Source: Eledone cirrhosa (lineage: Eukaryota). Taken from it: 64,000 nt of DNA. The stretch lies in NCBI GenBank assembly GCA_964016885.1, contig OZ024747.1:91016001-91080000 (forward strand), read 5' to 3'. The position numbers were made by a program, and so were the translations under genes. Numbering within the stretch: the stretch's first letter is position 1; the number at the start of each line of letters is the position of its first letter. The notes beneath the pieces were generated by a model. That model did no database searches and was not told the origin of the DNA. It saw nothing but the letters and a program-made list of their open reading frames with translations. Positions 54,201 through 64,000 of this stretch are shown here, piece after piece.

Positions 54201-55298
54201 TGATGTAGGAGGATGCTTACGGCTGGAATGTGTTTGAATCTGAGTCTAGTTCGATCAGGTCCGTACTGGGGCTGAATATCGTCATCGCCTACAGGTATTT
54301 TTTCTCATTTACTTATTTTAAGTTATATCTGGCACTCCTTCAGCAACGACTCTACCCATATAAAACATAATAAAGATAGCAAATCGACAAAGCAGCCTTC
54401 TTTGAAACAATAACACAAGACCAGTCGTAAACAAATGAATTTAACTGAAATTATTGCATTCAGTATTTAGTTTCTCTTTCACATGCTTACCCTTAGTTAT
54501 TAGAGAGATTTAGGGTGACACAGAGTGGGACAAGACTGGCTCTTTGAATTTCAGATACAACTTATTTTTGTCAACTGGGTGGACTAAAACGACTTGAAAT
54601 ACACCTTTTACATTTTTGAATTTAAATTCATGTCAGGATCAATGTTATCTTTTGATCTGTAGGTGATAGTTATATTAAGTCCCAACCGTGAATCAAGATT
54701 ATTTCATTCTGTTAATTTGCTTTTTCCTTTACAAATTTGAATGGTTAAAACAATATAAAATAAAATTAAAATATATCTCATGATATAATATTTAAGATAA
54801 CAACCAGTAGTTGAGCATTATATAAGAACAAATGTAATTATAACGATAAACACCATAATTCTTCGAGCATCTTAATTAGGCGTCGACATATCTTGCGTCT
54901 ATATATACCTGATCATAGAAATTATATGACATCCAAGACAATTGGTGACACTTTGTCTTGCATTTATGTATGTATATAAAAATCTCTCTGTTAGATAAGT
55001 TAGTTACGAATAATTTAAAGTTTGAATTTACATTCATATGTAAGTAGCTCAGTGCAGGATGTCTAAACTAATAAATCATTAAGATGACGCAATCCTTCAA
55101 GAAATCTGCTCAGATATCTTTTGAAAAGCTAAAATATGATAGATATTTCTAGATGAGAGATATTTCAAATATACTTTTCCATAACTACTTCTTTGATAAA
55201 TACATCTGCTAACCATCACATACGTTCTCAATTGACTTAGTTACTTTCCTGTAACTGATTTGAAAGTCTGAGTTGAGGACTAGATATTTAAATAACAG

Positions 55299-55331
<33 letters not shown>

Positions 55332-55333
<2 letters not shown>

Positions 55334-56240
55334 TCTTCTTCTTCTTCTTCTTCTTCTTCTTCTTCTTCTTCTTCTTCTTCTTCTTCTTCTTCTTCTTCTT
55401 CTTCTTCTTCTTCTTCTTCTTCTTCTTCTTCTTCTTCTTCTTCTTCTTCTTCTTCTTCTTCTTCTTCTTCTTCTTCTTCTTCTATAGTGGCAGAGTCTTC
55501 AGACAAGCTTTCCAGAGAGTCCTATCAGAAATAAATGTCTCCAATTGATTCGACTTGATCCCCAAGTGAGACAAATCGAGCTTATGGATGTTTTCCAGCT
55601 ATCTCGCTCGTAATCTACCTCTGGATCTCCTGCCGGTCGGCTTTACCCGCAAAACTCTGTCCGGTGGTTCTTTCCTTAGACATTCAATCCCGATGTCAGT
55701 TAAACCGAAACTATGATCTCTCAATGGCTTTAAGTGGAGCGAATCCGTGGTCGCTGAGCTACGCACCCTATCGAGTAATGTTACTCCAATTGACGCCCCC
55801 GAGGTTCCACATTTCGGCCGCATGTATTCACGATCGTATACTTTCAGTCATTATTCAAAATTCGTGACCATAGGTAAGGGTAGGCATGAACATCTAATTG
55901 AAGATAGTGAATTTGGCTTTTACACCTACCTTCCTTTTTCTCCTGACAAATTGCTGAAGATGGTGCATTATTACAACAGATCGGGCGGTGGATTGGCAGT
56001 ATCGGTAGAGAGTCGGACACCATGCTTTGCAACATAGAGTTACGGTCCTTTACGGTTTGAGTTCAAATCCCACCGAGGTTAACTTTACCTTTCATCCTTA
56101 CGGGGTCGATAAAATAAAGTACCAGTGATGCACTGGGATAATTGTTGGCATTGTGTCAAAAGTAGAAACAATTATTACAACAGATCCATTAATTTTTCAT
56201 TTATTTAAGCCTCGTGTCTTCAATCATTCGCGAAAACGTC
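55332..56240 (-). mobile_element. RTE LINE 3' fragment with (GAA)n tail, interrupted by a SINE
   Basis: GVTLLDRVRSS...RVLRVKPTGRRSRGRLRAR; (TTC)n 55333-55482 at its 3' end. Confidence 0.75.
55984..56170 (+). mobile_element. full-length SINE family 1 with 16-bp TSD
   Basis: TSD attattacaacagatc 55967-55982 / 56171-56186. Confidence 0.92.
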
Positions 56241-56282
56241 CATTTAACAAATAAAACAACAAAAATGAAAAACAGTGGGGAT

Positions 56283-56500
56283 GGGGGTGGACTGGCAGAA
56301 TTGTTAGAGTGTCGGACGAAATGATCTGTAGTATTTCGTCTGGCTCTTTACGTTCGGAGTTCAAATCCTGCCATGGTCAACTGTCTTTTTCATCATTTCA
56401 TAGTGAATAAACTCAAGTAATATGATCGATTTATCAACTTACCCCCCCCCCCCCGCCCAACGAAACCTGCTGACCTTGTGCCTAAATTTGGAACCATTAT
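56283..56500 (+). mobile_element. older SINE family 1 copy
   Basis: ggtggactggcagaatt head, B-box ggagttcaaatcc, ccttgtgcctaaa tail. Confidence 0.75.
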
Positions 56501-56632
56501 TTCATTCCTGTTGTATAAGTTCGGTCATTTGAATTTTCGGGTCTTTAAACTATCGATGTACTCACTTGTCAATATTTTAAACCTCGGTATTATAATTACT
56601 TTTGATTTTGTCATAGCGATACTCCCCCCCCC

Positions 56633-56683
<51 letters not shown>

Positions 56684-58237
56684 GTATCTATTTGTTTGCG
56701 CATGTATGGGTGATCTATCCCCTCATATCATAATGAAACATTTTATGGCGGATTGGTTTCATACGGACATAGATTCCACTTTCAATTGTAAGCAACCAAT
56801 TCTATCGGAGAATTTGCCTGAAGCTCTTCATGATAATCTAATGCTTTTGAGTTAGTGTTAGTTGTTCTAAGCATATAAAAGTTGAGAAGGTTTCTTTTTA
56901 ATACCTTAATAATCAACCATAGTATTTGTTGAATAAAACAACTGGAACACAAAAGCCAATTGCTTGAAACAATGTTAAACCAACAATAAACAAGAATCTA
57001 TGAAGCAAGTAAAAAGCATTAGTAGCATTAGTGATAAAAGATAACTCTGTAAGAATCATTTTGCAAATTGCAATCTATTCGAGCCTTTATTGAGAGAAGC
57101 GTCTAACTGCAATTTGCTGCCAAGAATGTTAGCATTTGTAATCTTGCCTGCAACTGAACAGACGAAGATAAATATAATGTCCATTAACGTGAATCATTTC
57201 TGTAATACTGGAATGAATACAATGGAGATAACTTCTGCTTTACTATTCTAGAAACACAGACTATCAGAATTACTAATTTCATATTTGTATTTTTTTTACT
57301 TCACGGCGAAGCGCCTAATAATATTACTTTCTGTTTAAAACACATTAAATTAAATGGACCATGGTTTTGATACTGAAGTGGGCTTGGAATATATGATTAA
57401 ATCTATCGAAACTTCTTGGCTTTATACATTTTATCGACCCTGGAGGGGTGAAGTATAATGCCGGCTCTAGTGGGATTCGAATTTACACCAATGAGTCGTT
57501 GAGCTGGATGTACTGTAATAAATTATCTAGCTATAGTATTTTACTATGTCAGCCACCTTTACTAATCATAGTAGTTATTTTCTCAGAGGTTGGATATAAG
57601 AATCATGGAAGCGAAAACAACTACAACACTAAACAAAAAAAGAGTGAAACAAACCAAATACTACACAAAAAAAGTCATCTACAAAAAAAAAAAAAAGTTT
57701 TTTAGCAGCTGCTAATGTAGTTTGTGTAGTTAATGTTTGCTCTCAGCAATGGATATCTTTCTTCTGTTAACTTACGATTGTGGCATGGTTCAATCAATAT
57801 GTTTTCATGGGGTCATTGTTCTTTATAGAACTACCGTAGGGGTTTTTGCCGTCGTCTGACCCTAAATTGCATGCAAAAACTAAGAAGCCTCATACTAAAA
57901 CACCAGTATCAATCAATTAAATCGACCTGAATTTGTTTTATCGACTCCGGAATGATGAAAAGGAAAAATTAAACTCGCTGATATTTGAGTATAAAGGGTT
58001 GCAATTAACTGCCATAAGGCATTTATTTTATTTGACGTCGTAGCAACTCTGAAATCAACAACGTTAATGATGTCAAACTATCACATCTCTGGCTAACCTG
58101 AGAATATCTTTTTTTATTATTTATATCTTCTCTGTGGGATCAATTCATACAATTATTTCATAAAATCTAATTACTTGATTTACCGACCAGATAATATTGA
58201 CATATGTAAAGTAGAACATTCGTTATTCAGTACGCAA

Positions 58238-58690
58238 GGGCAGTGGATTGGCAGAATCATTAGAGGATCGGACGCCATGCTTTGCAGCATAGAGTTACGG
58301 CCCTTTATGATCTGAGTTCAAATCTCGCTGTGGTTAACTTTGCTTCGATAAAATAAAGTACCAGTCAGGCACTGGGTCGATTTAATTGACTTTCCCCTCC
58401 TCCCAAAAATTGCTGGCCTTGTGCCTATATAAGAAACCATTATTCAGTACGCAAGGGGTGGTGGTTTTGCAGAATCGGTAGAGCATCAGACAAAATACTT
58501 TGCGGTATTTACGTTAATTATAGCCCATAAAGTTACACACCTTACGTCCTGAGTTCAAATCCTGCCGAGGTTAACTTCGCCTTTCATCCTTACGGGTTCG
58601 ATAAAATAAAGTATCAGTAACGTACTTGGATCGATTTAATCGAATTTCCCCACCCCAAATTGTTGGCCTTGTGCTTAAATCAGAAACCAT
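58238..58690 (+). mobile_element. two tandem SINE family 1 copies with a triplicated target site
   Basis: ttattcagtacgca at 58223, 58440 and 58690 (one mismatch). Confidence 0.85.
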
Positions 58691-59174
58691 TATCCAGTAC
58701 GCATAAAAATGTAATTTTCCTTATTTTCACGGCTGTACATCACTGAACTAACTCTGAAAAGGTTATAGTTACCAATATAACTACTCCTATGATTAAGCTG
58801 TATTAAGTTCTCATGTCGGACATGGGTTTCTCTTTTGGACAAAAAATAAACCAATAACTTGTTAATGACTAACTAAAAGGCACATTTGAAATTTCCTTTC
58901 AACTCTGCTTTAATTTCTTCATTTGTAAATAGATCAGAACAAACTGTTAATATCATCGAAGAAAAAGGCACACTGAAGTAAATTTATAGACAACTTAAGG
59001 AGTAACTGATGTGCTATTATAAGTCTCGTGATTGATATGAGAATTTATGTCAAGTTATCTCTGATATATATGTTCCATGCTTTAAATTGATTTACTCTGA
59101 TACTTCAGCCAAAACAAAATGCGGAATTATATTCTAGTTCAAGGAGAGGACTAACTACTCCAACTGCCGAAAAA

Positions 59175-59362
59175 CAGACCTGTCAACTCTCCCCGTCCGA
59201 GGGGGAGATCTCCCACTGACTTTGAGGTGGGTGAGAGATGTCTTCTCTTATGAAAATGGGTATAGCTTTCATTATGTAAAATCTCCCCATTTTGCCTCAT
59301 TTCTCCGTTTAGAGGGCACGTTTGGTACTCCCCGTTTGAGTTTTTAGAGGTTGGCAAGTCTG
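59175..59362. mobile_element. probable hAT-type MITE
   Basis: imperfect 13-bp TIR cagacctgtcaac / gttggcaagtctg; no clear 8-bp TSD. Confidence 0.5.
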
Positions 59363-60084
59363 GAGGAAACAAAGTTAGAGTAGTGAAATCGACCCATATA
59401 GTTAATGAGGTATAAACCGATGGCTTTAATCACGACGAAAATATAAAAATTATTTCATCCATAATAAAATACTTTCCTGATGTCCATATTGTCTATAAGT
59501 CTATATTTCAATCAAATCGATAAGCCGCTTGAACTGTCATATGAATGAATATGTCCAATTTCTCTCATCAAGATAAATATTTCATGATCACTGGCCATGG
59601 CAAAAGTGTGTAATTATCTATAGAAGGAGTAACATCCAACAGAAAAAAGAAACTCATGCTGCAGCAACGAAATTCAGGTTGTTGTGTACATTTTCAAAGT
59701 AGTACCTATATATCCAGTAATTTAATTCAGCCACTGAAATTCTTGCCCAGAAAATCTCCCAAGATGATTTGGTCATCAAACGATACTAAATATACTAGAC
59801 TAAAATAGCACCCCCTCCAATCATTCAAAAGAGGAAGAGAGGGGTAATCATTCACTACAAAATATACCAGACCAAAGTATCCCCCAACCCCTCCAATCAT
59901 TTAAAATATGATAGGGAGGGGGCGCTTTATTCACTACAAAATATACCAGCCGGTCAAAATAGCACCCCCCTCCAATTATTCATGACCTGTGATACAGACC
60001 CTACCAAGTGCATTATTCACACTTCAGCTCATTCTTGTTTATGAAGTAGGTAGCTGATTGAGTTAAATTAAATAAATTTCTTAT

Positions 60085-60512
60085 TATTATTCTTCGCCCA
60101 CATATTCCTGAGTTGGTCATGGAGCAGAACCCTCAAACACTCCTTCCATCGGGTGCTGTCAGAAGCAACCATCTCCAACTGATCCAGCTGGATCCTTAAG
60201 TGAGACCAGCCCAGCGCATGGATGTTATCCAACCATCTTGCTCGTAGTCTACCCCTAGGTCTCCGCCGGTTGGATTTGCCCGTAAAATCTTTCCTGAGAC
60301 ATTCTTTCCTCAGATATTCTAACCACATGCCCATAATATTGTATCTGTGATCTCTCAATTCGGAGAAGTAGCGGATCTACCTGGTGTGACTCTCTGATCT
60401 CCGAACTACTCATTCGATTGAGTAATATTACTTCAAAGACTCTTCGGAGGAATCCCATTTCGGCCGCTTGTATACGTGATCGTATTTTTTCGGTCATTAC
60501 CCAAGATTCATT
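60085..60512 (-). mobile_element. RTE LINE ORF2 C-terminal fragment
   Basis: MTEKIRSRIQAAEMGFLRR..EIRE..LLLRIERSQIQYYGHVVR / RPRGRLRARWLDNI. Confidence 0.88.
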
Positions 60513-61290
60513 ACTAAATTTTAGTTGACTAAATAAATAGTTATTTTTTTCTGCTATACAAGTGTTTTAGTTACAAGAATGGTGAGAAAGAGTTAATTAC
60601 AAATGTATCAAGTCACAATAAAACTATAGCTACAACAACCAGCAACGTCTGTTGCTGAACACTGAACATCTTTTCTCTTAAATTGTCCGCCAGTAAAGCG
60701 ATTTATAATTCAAAGGACATTAGTTGAGGCAGACATTTTTTTTTCATGTAACGAACATTATTTGGGGTAGCAATTAGAGTATTTTAGGTCAATTATCATC
60801 CGTTCGATTATTGAAATTTATAAGATAAGATCAGAGAACAGCTGATGATTAAATGCAGTAGTTTGGATAATTTTAGACCTGGAATTTAATCGCAGCGAAA
60901 ATGATTAAGAATTAAGCGTATTAAATATAAAATATTCAATTTAACATATTTAAATGCAAAACAATTACTTAGCGAGAAGTTCCCATGAACACACACACTT
61001 ATACACACACATTCATACTAGTATGCGCGCAAAAACAATCACACACATATATACACACCTACATACATATACACGTATCCGCACATATATTATACATGTT
61101 TAATACAGTTTTTAATGAAGTCAAATCAGAAACATCTTAGCTACGTTTCTTGATTCATGGCAATAGTTTCTATAACTTTTAAAATTATATTGCAGCCAGC
61201 AAATATACTTGAGAAGTTTTAATTTATCAATCAAACAACCAATATCTCCTTCTCTCGTTCATTCACGCTTCCACCACTCGCCGTGTCTAA

Positions 61291-61350
<60 letters not shown>

Positions 61351-61402
61351 ACATACATATATATATGTATGTATTTATTCATATACGTATATATGTGTAT
61401 AT

Positions 61403-61814
<412 letters not shown>

Positions 61815-61929
61815 TCACGGTGTGGCTCAATGAGAAATTTAATTAAGCAAATAATTATTAATCAGAGCTGTATGTAAAATTGCAAGTTTGAAGAATTATT
61901 AGATAAAATATAGTCTTTCTTCACCCTAG

Positions 61930-62131
<202 letters not shown>

Positions 62132-62595
62132 TTATGTATATATATATATATATATATTTATTTATATATATAATTGAATAAACAAGAGAGATGACCACTA
62201 ATATAAACATACCTGTGTTCGAATCTTTAGGACCAAGATTGCTAGGGTGAAAAAATACTAACTACAGCAATATGGTTTGTCAGACTTAATTTTAAATATT
62301 AAATTATTAAATTAAGAAATATATATTGGGCAAATCGCCTGGTAACAACTAGACAGTATAGGAGACTGTTTCGCAACATCTTATTAAGTGAAGTTCACAC
62401 TCTTCTCTGCTCATCAGTAGTTGTTGAGAAATTAGTGATCCTTCCACTGCTAAAAATATTAGATACTGAATTGTGTGCGATAAGAATTATCCCACGTGAT
62501 TTCGGAACCCAGCTTGTCTCAAAATTCCCTGCCGCTAAAAATAGCAGCCTGGCTGACAGGACATTAAAATTAGCTCTACATGATGGAGCCAATAA

Positions 62596-62755
62596 ACATA
62601 TAGTGAGTTAGAAACTCAGAGTAGTCTCTTACAATTAAATAGCTCTAAGAAAAATGCTTTTCCGAGCCGTACAATATTGTACGGCTCGGAAAAGCTTTTT
62701 TCTTAGAGCTATTTAATTGTAAGAGACTACTCTGAGTTCCTAACTCACTATATGT
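62596..62755. repeat. spacer-less palindrome, 80-bp arms, 2 mismatches
   Basis: centre gtacaat|attgtac at 62675/62676; abuts (TA)n. Confidence 0.9.
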
Positions 62756-62770
62756 ATATATATTTATTTA

Positions 62771-62818
<48 letters not shown>

Positions 62819-62819
62819 C

Positions 62820-62933
<114 letters not shown>

Positions 62934-63556
62934 AATAAAATGGGGAGAAAAATACTGCTGGTAGCACATGGATAACATGTAATAAAATAAGTCCCTCATC
63001 AGTGATTTGCCGACGATCATAGATATTTCATTGCATTAAAAATCATATACCTCACGTCGGTGCAATAATAACTAAATTAAGTTATTAGGACAATTAAAAC
63101 GCGTAAAGCGAGTGAGACAAGAAAACAACAAAGAGTAGAGCTAACCGTAGAAGGAAGGAGACAAGCTTCATAGTTATTCTATTAGCATAAGCTAGGTGAA
63201 TATATGAGCGCTTAGAAAAGAGACCTTTCACGAACGAATGCAATGTGAGAAAAGAGAGAAATTGCTTTCTTCGCGAACGGGGTGAAGTGAGGAGAGGAGA
63301 AACAGTGAGTGAGTGAGTGGAAGTGTGAGGAAGAGTTAACTGACATGACAGAGGGGGCGAAAGAAAGTAGGAGAAACAGAGAGAATGGGGGAGCAGTAAG
63401 AGAGAGAGAGAGAGAGAGAAAAACAGAATCGCAGTTTGGGTAAATATATGTAATAAAATGGGGATGAATATATATGTATATATGTACATGCATATATATA
63501 TGTGTGTGTATATCTATATCTACATACACGCACATACTCACACACACACACATAAT

Positions 63557-63661
<105 letters not shown>

Positions 63662-63770
63662 GAGAGTAAGTAAAACAATTATCCGCACATTCTTTATAAC
63701 ATATCTTTTACGTTTGTCACACTACCTTCTGCTTATGCAATCTTATAGTTGGTTTTATTGTGGACTCATA

Positions 63771-63993
63771 AGGGCGGTGGATTAGCAGTATCGGTAGAGC
63801 GTGAGACAACATGCTTCGTGGCATAGAGTTATGGGCCTTTACGTTCTGTGTTCAAATCTCGCCGAGGTTAGCTTTGCCTTTCATTCTTACGGGGTCGATA
63901 AATTAAAGCACGAGTAATAAACTGGGGCCGATTTAATCGACCCCCCCCCCCATTCAAATTACTGGCCTTCTTCCTGAAGTAGAAACAATTATT
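63771..63993 (+). mobile_element. SINE family 1
   Basis: gggcggtggattagcagtatcgg head, CORE-like block, gtagaaacaattatt tail. Confidence 0.88.
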
Positions 63994-64000
63994 GTGGTCT

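Overview
AT-rich, extremely microsatellite-dense eukaryotic DNA with one 200-N gap (39384-39583). The tRNA-derived CORE-type SINEs suggest an octopus/cephalopod genome (inference). Nearly all listed ORFs are microsatellite artefacts, and no intact host gene is recognisable. Real content: (1) a complete-ended but pseudogenised ~6 kb Helitron (25353-31315, minus) plus a 911-bp non-autonomous Helitron; (2) more than 25 SINE copies from two families, several with clear TSDs; (3) RTE-clade and L1/Tx1 LINE 3' fragments and small MITEs; (4) most interesting, a dense Penelope-like (PLE) landscape. This includes decayed PLE RT and GIY-YIG remnants, about ten minimal type-I hammerhead ribozyme (HHR) motifs from several unrelated families (four with a U3:A8 covariant core), and many fold-back mini-elements in (TA)n/(GATA)n tracts whose hairpin apex often maps to the HHR stem II. 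All coordinates and folds were read by eye; boundaries of decayed repeats are approximate.
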